Source: Octopus sinensis (Eukaryota). From it: a stretch of 64,000 nt of DNA. This document shows, one piece after another, positions 25,187-37,900 of this stretch (the first letter of the stretch is position 1; each line of letters opens with the position of its first letter). The position numbers and the translations under genes are program-made. Location: contig NC_043021.1 in assembly GCF_006345805.1 (NCBI RefSeq), positions 25,420,001 through 25,484,000 of the forward strand, given 5' to 3'. Below the pieces are notes generated by a model. The model searched no databases and had not been told where the DNA came from. It saw only the letters and a list, made by a program, of their open reading frames with translations.

Positions 25187-26245
25187 TGGATCTGTTCAGT
25201 TTGGCTCACAGATTTTTTAATTAAATTTTTTTTTAACTAAACAGTCTGAAACTTTGTATACTGGTGGAATGTCTCATGCAGAACATGGTTTACTTTGAAC
25301 ATTTTTGACAAAATTTCGTATTTTAGAAGTTATTTCGTGTTACAGTTGTTGTATTTGGGTAATTTCAACCAATCAACGACGTGTATTTGGTTGAAGAAAG
25401 CTACTGCTGTTTGTGATTGTAATCAAGGAAGAACAACTTCTGGGTCATCTCTACTAAATATCACCACTCTGTTCTATTCGTATGTCCAGTGAAGATGATG
25501 CCACCTTTATCCTTTCTAGTCAACACCGTGCATTCCTTACTCTTTTCCTATCAACTAGCAACCAGTGAGCAAACTTGTCACTGCCACTACAATTACTGTA
25601 TTTTCCGGTGTCTAAGCCACTAGTTTTGTTTTACCTTTGTGTTTTGATAATGTTATTTTTAATCTAATAAAGACTTTTATATTGACGAAATTTGTTTGTT
25701 GATTATAATGAAATAAAATCATGACAATAACAATACGTCAACAACAAAAAGCTAGCTGTGGACTGGTAGCTCTATAGGTCTTTTAAACACTGGTGCACTT
25801 TGTGTGTGGATAAAACACTGATATGGGACAAACAAATGAATATATGTAAAGAATCTTATTTTTTCCTTCCTGGTGTTGATTCTTCAATGTTTACTGGTGA
25901 CTCTGACGCGAGAACAAAAAAAAAGAAAAAGCATGCAATATGCAACACAGGCAGGAAACAAAAAATAAAATAAAACAGAATGGTGACATTTAGGAGAGAT
26001 GACCCAGAAGTTGGTGCTCTTCTTTCGATCACAATCGCAAACAGCAGTAACTCTCTTCAACTGAATACACGTCGTTGATTGTTACTCAAATACGACAACT
26101 TTAACACGAAATAACTTCTAAAATACGAAAGTCTGTCAAAAAGTAAACCGTGTTCTGCAGGAGACATTCTACCAGTATACAAAGTTTCAAACTGTTTAGT
26201 TTTTTAAAAAATTCAGAAATCTGTGAGCCAAGCTGAACAGATCCC
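25187..26245. mobile_element. Foldback-type non-autonomous element with ~280-bp TIRs (GGATCT...AGATCC)
   Basis: 25187-~25470 is an inverted repeat of ~25975-26245; same family as 34617-36050. No clear TSD. Confidence 0.85.
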
Positions 26246-28399
26246 AATTTCCACCAAACCTTTCACAAAAACTTTACTGTTTTTCGTTTTTCCTTAAGTG
26301 AAATATTCCTTCCATTTATGTGATTGCATTTTGTTCTCCGACAGAAGCACATCGCTCCCGATGTTCTATTGATTAGCTCCAAATCAGCCTCGATCGAGCA
26401 GACTTACTATGATCAAAAGCTTTTCCAACGGGAATCGACCCAACCACAAAATACCTAAGATGCCACACTATCCAATGTGTCATTTCTCTAAGACGGTAAC
26501 GAAGGATCTGAGGGAGATTCGGCTGCTACTACAGATTGGTGCCCATTCGAATTTGTTTCCCTATAAGTTTCTGACAAATACATATTTTAAAATTAAATTT
26601 TAAAGATACGCTTTGGAAGGTAATGTCGATAACTTTAAAAACTCGCCAGAGATTTTCAGTTTTGGATAATTGCTTTCCCCCCCTCGCGATTTTCCTTCCT
26701 CATAACGCTCTTTAAAACGCACATTTTTTAAATGACATTCTACAAAGATACGTTTTCAAAAGTGTACATTACATAATATTGATGATTTAGACATAGATCT
26801 GAAAAGCAAAAAAAAAAAAAGAAGGAGAAAAGTGCTAAAATTACCAAAGTTAGTGGTAACGAAATCTGGACAAGGAAAAAAAAACCGATTTGAAACTTCT
26901 TCGAAAAAGCCTTTTTTGTCTAAATTTTACCAGCATAAATGTCATTTAAATCCGCGAAAATATATTTCTGAAAAATGTCATTAAAAAATATGTACTATTC
27001 AGAAAATTGTGAAGAAACAAAGTCAAAGTGGGGCACCAAACTGTAGATAGGCCCGATGCTCCGCGTTTACCTAAATACTGTAGATTAATAATCATCTCTT
27101 GGGTAGCCTCAAGGCCTATAGATTAACGATATACATTACTATCAAAATCGACAATGATAAATAAATAAATGTCAATAACTATCGTATATAATGAATAACT
27201 GACCCTGTGATCTAGTTCCTCGTGTGTTCACTAATGAGCCACATGGCCATGATACCAACCAGAATATAAGGAATTTATAAAACCGATCACGCGGCAAAAC
27301 AAATATTTTAAATCTATAGATTTTATCCTATAATAACAATATAAATTTGAAAAATCATAAGCCATCAAATTTGCGAGGGTGATGTGTTAGTTGATATAAA
27401 AGAATTCGGATCTCAGCAAATAAATATTTTCGAACAAGGGCGAGTGCAGCAAAGTGGATTTGAAAGAAATATAAAAAAAAATCGCAAATGTCCCCTCAAA
27501 TAATTTCCCCGATCCTCTTAAATAAAGAACAAATCCGACAATGTAGTTTCTTTATCTATCTATACACGTATAAGACAAGATGGTCACAATTGGAACGGTT
27601 TTGATCATAGATCCAACCGAACATAGGCTGAACACGGAGGCGATTTCCGGCTTTATGTTTAATAAACACCATATGTACACCTAAAATATATGAAGACGGG
27701 TATCCTCGCTACCACGGTCCTAAGATCATGTTGGTCTTTTACTAGGGTCCAATAGATAAGCATCCCGGGGGAGGGGGACACTTATGTAGGTATATCTTCT
27801 ATATATATATTATACTTGGTCGGTGGTAAAGAACACGTACACCACCCTGAAAAGCTTAACTAAAATGCCAACCCTAAACACCGGGTATACGTGGTCTTTA
27901 CTTTCGCCACATCTACAAATTTGTGCCGGCAAGTTTATTACGGGCAAGAAGTTCAGTCGACCCACAGCGAAATCTGGACATGGAACAAGAAATACATTGA
28001 AATAAGGAATTAATCGGTTTTACATTAAGATATTCATTCGTTTAAAAGAATTAATGAAAATAACAAATCCAAAACGAAGTCGCAATCCCTTTGTAACTCA
28101 ACGAGAAAGACATGAATACATAACATTTATAAGGCTTATATAATAGGGGCAATTTGGATTTAAAGGCATAGAAACGAAGAAGCGCAGCCAAAAGAGAAAA
28201 TTTGAATTTAAAACCGTAAAAGAAATGAAATAAAGTGGAAACGCCTCAACTGGAAACTCTGATTAAATCTAGAAGAATAAATGATTAAATATTGAGATAT
28301 CGCTTTTAAAATGGAGCTAATTCAGTGTTTTATGAAAAAGTTGGTTTTTGGATAAATTAATGTTTTTTGTTTTTTTTTCCCAAGATTTTTCTCTTTTAA

Positions 28400-28960
28400 A
28401 ATGTTTTTGGCGTCTAAAAAGTTGTTTTTGGTAAAGTTTTGGTCGAATAAAAGCGAGAAGTGCGAGGAAAAAAAGTTGTTTTGCTGAGCTTCCATAGAAA
28501 ATCGACCGATAACAATAAACATTTGTGTTGTATCTCGTAAATGATTAAATATGAAAAGAGAAAAGGAAATAAATGCCGAGTTATTCGTGGCAAGAAGAAG
28601 ACTTTTCCCATTTTTACCTTTTTGCGACGAGCGAAGCGTTGAAATATTGTTGTTGTTGGTCAACAAGGTGACACGCATACAGAGCCACCACTTTTAGTTT
28701 ACCATAGCGGTATCCTCTGTCTTTTTTAATATCTACAGGATATTACAGTTTAAAACGAGAAACATTTTTTTGAACAATATATTTAGATCTATAAAATTCA
28801 AAATTCAATATATTGAATAGAAAAAAAATACAAAACCAAAATAATCTCACCTTCTCCGAAACTACAAAATGACTCGTTAGTTCCCCTGCTTTTGAAACCA
28901 GCGGGAATCTTTGTCCAGAGGAGATTGTCTTTTATAATCTTTAACCATCTGCATCGAAAA
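28400..28960. promoter_or_regulatory. Putative bidirectional TRMT2A/RANBP1 promoter within a CpG-enriched region (~26300-30500)
   Basis: CpG is visibly more frequent here than in the introns. RANBP1 ATG at 28960. Minus-strand donor AAG|gtgaga at 28850-28851 is a candidate end of the TRMT2A non-coding exon 1. Confidence 0.65.
28891..28907 (-). promoter_or_regulatory. E2F/CDE-CHR (DREAM-type) composite motif
   Basis: Minus strand reads TTCCCGC-TGGT-TTCAAA: E2F-like site, 4-nt spacer, then TTYRAA. Confidence 0.5.
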
Positions 28961-28974
28961 TGGCTGATGACAAG
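28960..28974 (+). CDS. RANBP1: RANBP1 first coding exon (MADDK)
   Basis: AAAATGG start context; AAG|gtaaat donor, phase 0 matching exon 2. Confidence 0.8.
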
Positions 28975-31900
28975 GTAAATTTTCACTTTGATGCATTTTA
29001 CAAATATTCTTCCTGTTTTAGAAATATTCTTGATGCATTCTTGCTTGTTGTTCTAGACAAATACTATGTTTTAAACTTTTATATAAAGAATAACGTGGTT
29101 GGGGGTTAGAGTTTTAACTTATCTCCAATTGTTAATAATTCTGCAAGAAATATCCTATCCTTATGTCTCTTCTCCTTTAAACTAGTTTTATAATTTAATA
29201 TGGCTTACAAATTATCCCGTTATTGTTTTATTTTCAATATCAAACTCCGAACGACCCCTTCGTTCCCGAAGCCTTTCTCTCCTCAGATGAATGGATGAAG
29301 AAGCTTTACCACAATTTCAAACTTTGCTCCTGCAAAAACGACTTTGAACCGATTTCTATTCCAGTTTAATGCCTCCGCAGCTCATCAAGTGTTGTTGAAG
29401 TGTGTCTATGTTAAAAATAAAATGTCTAAATATTCTCCGAACCCATTTTACTGCCAGACGTATTTCTTCAGACTCCAAGACTCGTGTCTTGTGCTGAATC
29501 CTGAGAGGCGCCTAATTTCTGTGTTTCTCTCTAGAATAATGTAAATACTTCCATTCGCAGACACACTGCTGCTCTTCCATCTTCTATTAAACACAAACAA
29601 ATCTGCGACCAGTGAATGTTGCTCCTAACCATTCTCTTCATAATTATTATTATTATTGTCTCTTTTCTTCTTTTTTATTTATTAAAACTGAATTTCTTGC
29701 ATTCTTAGAAAGTTTCTTAGATTCATTTAGATTTCGCTTCGATTTTACAATCTTATAAAGACTAAATTATTTTGAAGCATTCTTGGAGTTACCATTTATT
29801 TGAAAACCTTATTCATTCATCTTTTATTTGCTTTCACAAAACATTTTTCGTTGCTCTTTTCTTTTCTCGTTTACATCCACAAATTATTTGCTCTAAATTT
29901 ATCAACTTCCAGACCTTTTATTAACTCTCTTTCGCTTTTCTTCCCCTGAAATTATCCACCATTTACTGCAAACGAACTTTTCCTTTCCCCCGTCTTCTTT
30001 GCTATTATTACCCATCAGTGGTTTTTTTTTTGTTGTTTTTGTGGTGGTTGGGGGGGCAGGGTCCCCCCCTCTCGACACTTCTGCCATGGTTTCCATATTG
30101 GTAAGTCATTCAAAAACTCACGCACACAGATCCTCACCCCTCTCTTCGTCTTTCCTTCAAACATGCCTCCGTGTTTTTCTATCGCAACCGAGATCAACGA
30201 TTGTAAGAATAAATAAATCCTCTAAACTATATTTTTAATCATTTGAGGCGTCCATAAAGATAAAAGACATTATTATTTCCCAGGGGTGTGACGCAAGTGT
30301 ACCCTAAATCCCGGTAATGGGAGTGCTTATTATTTGAATCCAAAAGCAACAAGCCTATATCATCTTGCCCATTAATTTTTTTTTTTTTTTTTTTTGTTCT
30401 TTGGTTATTATGGACGTGAGATTGCAACATAAGATACTGAAATGTTTTGCGAATTTTATTCGTTGTCTGGAACAGCAGGGAGTGTTTTATTATATTTTTG
30501 TATTTTGTTTTCATTGGCAAAATATAAGCATTGAATGCCAGCAATTACGATCAAATTATAGTTTGTTCGTTAGGCTGTGTGTAATAGAAGCAGTGCCCCC
30601 CCCCCATAACCTATTGTATACTCCCATGCTGGAAGACAAGTTTAACTGGATGAAGTTAAATGAATTTCTGCTCTAAAACCGAATGAGTAAATCAGAAGGA
30701 AGCCATTGTTGTTTGAAGTTGATGCCTGATTTGTGTTGGTTGTGATTTCAGGTGAAAACCATTGAGAATAATGCTGAGGATGTTGTTGAAAGTCCAGAGA
30801 TACATTTTGAGCCAATCGTGCAGCTTGCCCCAATTGATGTGAAAACGATGGAGGAAAATGAAGAGGAACTTGTCAGACTGTAAGTTGTATTGGGTTTTTC
30901 TTTCTATATATATGATGGGGGCCTGTAGCTGTGTGTGCTCATATTTACTTGTACAGGTGCACCAGGGATTTTCAGGTGTCATTGATTCCAAAACCTTGAA
31001 CTAAATGTTTTGCTGTATCATCCTTGGCCACATAACACTTAACTTGGATCTTTTCAGTTTGAACAGCAGTTTTTTCTAGCGGTGTCATATGAAATTGTCA
31101 CCCATAATTATGACCCTAGAATCGATCTATTGCATTTCAATCTCTTTTAGGGTTAGGGGTGAGGGAAGGGTATCTTTTTTTTCTTCAGAAATGTAAATAC
31201 ACCCAATCTGTTTCTTAAACGAGGGACATTTTCATACGGCACAGAATGCTTTTTACCTCAATAGACGTAAGTGATTGGTTGAAATTGCAGAAATTGAAGA
31301 AAAAAAGAAACAACAAATATTTTACAAACTATAGAATTTTCTCAATAAAGCCAAGAGAAAAAGATGTTTTATAAACACATTCTACCAGTATAGGAAGTTT
31401 AAAATTTTTTAGTTACCTAGAAATTATGTTAAAAACTGCCGTTCAAACCGAAAAGATCCCTTAACTATTCTATCTGTTTCCTTCTCATCCCAAACGATAA
31501 ACAGATGCCTTAGATATTGCACAGCTTACAGTCCTTCTTGTTTTTCTTATTCAATAGTCCTACTTGGATTGTTATAGATTGGTGTTTATGTTGGATGCTG
31601 CCACTATTGCTTGCTGTTCTTTTATTTGCTCTTAGTCATGGTTAAGAGTAACTTTAAACTAAATAAAAAGAGGATCTCTAAAATTGTATTGTTATTAATA
31701 TGTGCATGGTTATTAAGGCATCTAAATACATGGAACACAGTGCCACCTGTGGTTGCATAGTGAACTAGGCTGGTGGCTATGAGAATTTCAAGTTCCTCTT
31801 TGTAACTTATCCATAAGATGCTGAGAAATCAATGATGTACCAGTGAATATTGTGTGTGTGTATATGTGTATATATCATCGTTCAGCGTCTGCTTTCCATG

Positions 31901-34900
31901 CTAGCATGTGTTGTGTATATATGTGTATATATATATGTATATATATATATATGTGTATATATATGTATATCATCATCATCATTTAGCATCCGTTTTCCAT
32001 GCTAGCATGGGTTGGACGGTTTAACTGGGGTCTGTGAAGCCGGAAGGCTTCATCAGGCCCAGTCAGATTTGGCAGTATTTCTACGGCTGGATGCCCTTCC
32101 TAATGCCAACCACTCCGTGAGTGTAGTGGGTGCTTTTTACGTGCCACCTGCACAGGTGCCAGACAGAGCTGGCAAACGGCCACGAATGGATGGTGTTTTT
32201 ACGTGGCAACGGACACGAACAGATGGTGCTTTTACGTGCTACCGCCGCGGGGCTGGCAACGGACACAAGCGGATGGTGCTTTTACGTGGCAACGGACACG
32301 AGCGGATGGTGCTTTTACGTGGCAACGGACACGAGCGGATGGTGCTTTTACGTGGCAACGGACACGAGCGGATGGTGCTTTTACGTGGCAACGGACACGA
32401 ATGGATGGTGCTTTTACATGCTACCAGCACGGGGGCCAGGCGAGGCTGGCAACGGACACGAGCGGATGGTGCTTTTACGTGCCAACGGCACGGGGGCCAG
32501 GCGAGGCTGGCAACGGACAAACGATCAGATGGTTCGCTTAACCATAGCTGCAATTTACACTGATGTTGATTTATATGTATATATATATGTGTATATATAT
32601 GTGTATATATATATGTGTATATATATGTATATATGTATGTATATATCGTAATCTATCAGCATCAATGGAATTTGTAGCTGTGATACCAGTGCTGGTGGCC
32701 GTAGCCAGCGCCGTCCGACTGGCCTCCGTGCTGGTAGCACGTAAAAAGCACCATCCGATCGTGGCCATTTGCCAGCCTCCTCTGGCACGTAAAAAGCACC
32801 CACTACACTTACGGAGTGGTTGGCGTTAGGAAGGGCATCCAGCCGTAGAAACACTGCCAGATCAGACTGGGCCTGGTGCAGCCTTCTGGCTACCCAGACC
32901 CCAGTTGAACCGTCCAACCCATGCTAGCATGGAAAGCAGACGCTAAACGAAGGTGATGATGAACCACTATTGTCTCTGGAAGTTGTTTTTTTTTTTTTTT
33001 TTATATTTACTACGGTTTGCTTGTAGCTAACTTTCTTCCTACACCTCGATCCTTGGATCATATATATATATTGCTGTCCATGTATATGGGCATGTCCTCT
33101 ACATCCATCCCTCGGCCGAGAGATTTAAGTCTTGCAGGCTCATGGGTGCTGGTGTCATGAAAGCACCCGTGTCAGTGTCTTGGAGTAACACTCAGTGCCA
33201 CCCTGTAATGTGGTTGGCATTATGAAGGGCATCCAGCTGTAGACACCATACTGAAACAGACAACTGGTGCTTGGGCAGCTCTCCAGCTGGCCAGTGCCTC
33301 TCGCACCATTCAACCCATCCTCGCACAGAGAATGGATGTTATGATATGCATCTGCTTTCCCTGTTAGCCTGGGTTTAATGATTTGTTACAGTTGGTCCTC
33401 GTTTGGACTAACTTTCTATCTGGATTGGTGACCTCCTTCTTGCTTGTGTATTTCATTTTGGCTTGAAGTTTGCTTCCAAACCATATTGTTTCAGGTTCAG
33501 TCCCACTGTGTGGCACCTTGGGCATGTATCTTTTGTTATAATGTCGGGCTGACCAAATCCTTGAGTTATGTTTGTGTCCGTCCTTGTCTTGATGTCACAT
33601 GATAGTTGTAAACAATCACCATACAGGCATTGTTGTACATCTTTTGTGGAAACGTGTTCAACCAAGGAGAAATATTGTTGCCTTACTTCATAACGGGCGA
33701 TGTGAAAGGTTAAGAAACCATGGGAACTCTACTTCACTGCATGGAAAAGTGGTTGTGAAAGCAGCAATGATGATGATGATGATGACTGTTCTCTGGTATG
33801 GGAAGCAACATTGAATTGTCGTTTCAGTTCCAGGCAGCAGGTGAAGCATTCATATAAGTTTTCTAAAGAAATGGTGGCTCCTTAAATCTGATATGTCATA
33901 ACCAAGTCGTACCAGAATGGCACAAAAGCTTCAACAAAATCTGCACAATTCCTAAAGAGAATATTTGGGAGGAGCATCTAATGAGTTCCATCAGTGGTTT
34001 TATTGTCTTTACCAGGCACGTGTTGGTTGTCATGAGTTGTAAAATAATTCAATCCATCAACAAGAGCTCTTATTCCTTGTTTTTTCCTCATCATCATTAT
34101 TATTATTGAATTTCTATCTCCCATGCTGGCATGAATTTGGCAGTTTGACAGGACCTAATAAGTTGGAGGACTGCTCCAAGTTCCAGTGTCTGCTTCAGTA
34201 TAATTTCTAAGAATAATCAGAAGGCGGCAGTGACTGGCAATCTGGTAGAATTAATAGAACACCAAAGAAAATGGCTTTGCAGTATTTGTTCCATCTGTTT
34301 ACATTCTGAGTTCAAATCCCTGCAAGATCAACTTCACCTTTCATCTTTTCAGCAGGTTAAGATGAAAGTTCCAGATAAGAGCTGGACCCTGTAATGAGTC
34401 ATCCTTGTGTCTAAATTGGAAAGCATTGAACTGGGGAATGGCACCGGAGATTGTAGTTTCAGGATGGGATTGAATTTCAGAGAAGTTTGAGGGAAGAGAG
34501 AGGCCATTTGATACTATCAACTCATCTAAGACCACCACCCCTGATTCTCTAAAACAAACTTCTGTTTTGAAGGGATTTAAATGAAACCCTTCCCTCAAAA
34601 TTTCATGTTAATTTATGGGATCTTATCAGTTTCGCTCACAGATTTTTAAATTCTTTTTTTAACCAAACAGTTTGAAACTTTGTATACTGGTGTCATTTCT
34701 CACACTGACCATGGTTTACTTTGAACATTTTTGACAAAACTTCCTATTTTAGAAGCTATTTTGTGTTAAAGTTGTATTTGGGTAATTTTAACCAATCAAT
34801 GACGTGTATTCAGCTGAAGAAAGCTTCTGCTGTTTGCGATTGTAATTAAAGAGCAACATCTTCCTGGTCACCACCCTGTTCTGTTTTATTTTTGTTTACT

Positions 34901-37900
34901 ATCTGTGTTGCATATTACCTGCTTTTTTTTTTTATCACCTATTTGTACATTTGCATAAAAAATGCATGTAATATGCAACACAGGTAGTAAGCAAAAATAA
35001 AACAGAACAGTGTGGTGACATTTCGTAGAGGTGGCCAGGAAGATGTTGCTCTTTGATTACAATTGCATACATCAGTAACTTTCTTCAGCTGAAAATTACC
35101 CAAATACAACTTTAACACAAAATCTATATATATAAAACTCAACTTGTGTGTATCTGTGTGTTTAACTTCCCGGCACATCTCCTCCTAGCCAACAAATCAT
35201 AGAACCACCAAAAATGGGTCACTTAAAGTTTAGGTGAATGAAAATTGAACTGCGCTATTTCTGTTCGGAAATTCATCTCGCAAGTGCAAAAATCGATAAT
35301 GTGTTTGTTTAGGCCTTATCCCATGCATTGAATAGTGAGCTTTACTCAGTCAGCTGTTTGATGTGAACTGTGTTCACCACGCGTGCAAGCATGCGTAAAT
35401 TGCATGAAAAATAAAAAATCAAGATATAAAAATGAATCACCGTAAACATTGTAGAAATTCGGCAAAGAAATGAATTTTCAGGATGTATCCTGGAGGGTTT
35501 TTTTGTATTAATCGTTTGGACTTTGTGAACACATACCAATTGTTTTCATAACATTTTTAACGCTTTGAATTAAATGTGACCATTTTGCGTTGAGTCTGCA
35601 GTTTGAATCACTTTAACCAAATTTTAGCAGGCCGGATTTTTGATCATCACGATACATCGCCAGCGACTCCCTGAAACTCTCCCCTGAAATCCCCGTTGAG
35701 AAATACTGATCTAAAAGAATAATTCAACAATGCAATTATTTGATCAACAAAAATTTATGAAACGCTTCTAGGTACTTCCTATTGAAGAAATGGAACACAT
35801 AACCGCAAAAATAGAGGGCATTAAATGCTTGATTTTTAAAACCAAAATAATTAAGTTTAGCTTAATTCGCGCGTGCATAGAATGCACGAGCCGGGCGATA
35901 CTGCTAGTAGCTTCTAAAATAGGAAATTTTGTCAAAAATGTTCAAAGTAAACCATTGTCAGTGTGAGAAATGACACCAGTATACAAAGTTTCAAACTGTT
36001 TGGTTAAAAAAAGAATTTAAAAGATCTGTGAACGAAACTGAAGAGATCCTATTTATGTTCCAAACACCAGTTTAACAAAGACTAATTTTATTAAATTTTT
36101 CATTCTTTTCAAAATTAATTGAAACCAAGGCAATGTAATTTAAAAGAAATCTGGTAACAGCTATAGCATGCTGGTGTGTTTTTAGTAGGAATAATTGAAT
36201 TTTGTTGCCAGAAAGGAGACCCTCCCCCATTTAGCCAAGTAACTACACAACCTGACATGTCATTGCGGTTGTTTGATATTGCTTTTTACTTGAGCCCCTT
36301 CAGAACTCCCTGTGTAGCTGAAGCCATTGGAAACTTTTCTGCTTCTCTCCAGTCGGATCCCTACTTTTTCAGGTCTGCCTCCCTAGTGGGTTCCAGGTCA
36401 GGTCCTCGCATGTATTGCAGGATGTTGACTTCCTTGGAGGGGTGGGGGAGCGTCCATCCCTACTTGCTGTTCTGTGTCCTGTGTTCTTGAGGGAAGGCTT
36501 TCTGCTCCCTGGTCTTGTTGGTTTGAATTACCATTGATGCTTCGGTATCTTTGCTGTTTTTCTAGCTAAGGGTGTTCGCCCTACACAAACCCGCTTTCAC
36601 CTCTGGGAAGAGGTTTATATTAGTCTGACCTTTATCCTTTCCCCTATCCACTATGGTGGGCTCTACCAAAAGCTTGCACTCTGCTGGTGTAGCTCTCAGG
36701 GTCACTGAGGCATACGAGCCATCACATCACAATGAGGATTGGACCTCATAGATGTAAGTATTCCTCACTAAGAAATGGATATTTGACAGAGGGGAAAGGG
36801 TTTAACTCTTTTGGCCATATCCAGCCCAAATATTCTGTCTTACATTCAAACTGCCAGCTCCAGCCTCTCACACTTATCCTGCAATGTCATTATAAAAATA
36901 AACATTGTGTCAGTGCATTGAAATCTCTGCTATGATTAATTCAAAATGTGATGTGAGTAAGTTTTACATTTCCAAAAAAAAATGCTTTATATTTTACAAT
37001 TAAAAAACAATATATAGAATAGTATTAAGCTTTACGTTTGACAAATTAATCTCAATGCTAAAAGTGTTTAACCCTTTCGTTACCAACCCGGCTGAAACTG
37101 GCCCTGGTTCTGAGTACAAATGTCTTGTTTTCATAAGTTTTGAATTAAAATCTTCCACCAAAACTTAGTCATAATTTATGTTCCTAACACTAGTTTAATG
37201 ATAACTAAGTTATTTTACTAAATTCTTTGTTATATTTAAAGTAATTCAAAGAAACACAGAGCATCTAAAAATAAATACAGTAACGAAAGGGTTAAACCTC
37301 ATTCAGTTTATCTAAACTGGAAATCTATAAAAAAGGTAATGTCTTCTCTATTGTAAACAACAGAGATTCTGATTTTAACGTTTTCTTACTTTATAAGTTG
37401 TAAACCAAGTTACCAAAAGGGTTGGATCCGTTAGTTGGGTTAGATGATTCTACATTCATCTTTTCAAATCAATCTGTTCATTTATTGGGTCCATTCACCT
37501 GAAGTGGTCATGTGCATCACAATGCCTTATTTCTCTTCTAAATCTTTGAAGTTTCCTGGAGGAGGAAACTGGAAACCATTCTAGCTTTCTTCTCTTTATT
37601 TCTCTTTGGAAGGTTACGTTTCAAATTTGAGGATTTGCTTTCCTCACAAGTTTGGCTGCTGCTTAACCCCAGGGCAGTTTGTGGTTGGTTTAAATGATTA
37701 AATCTTAAGAGGAGAGCATTGGATATATTTCTGATTCATTCTGGTGTTATCGATGAAATGTTGCCTTGCCGAACTTTGTTGAATTGAGTGAATTACTGAT
37801 ACACAGGTGGTGGTGGTGGTGGAAAGCTATAGACTTTTGAAACTGGAATTGGAAGAAATATTTTGACAGTCTCATCTAGACTTACTGGTGAAATAGCTTT

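Noticed and set aside
32170-32535. CRISPR-like appearance of regular ~33-bp repeats
   Set aside because: Units are directly tandem with no unique spacers, there are no cas genes, and the context is a eukaryotic intron.
32012-32651. Long overlapping ORFs (183, 173 and 112 aa) with repeated peptides
   Set aside because: They are products of a stop-free 33-bp minisatellite inside a LINE UTR copy, with no splice context or protein motifs.
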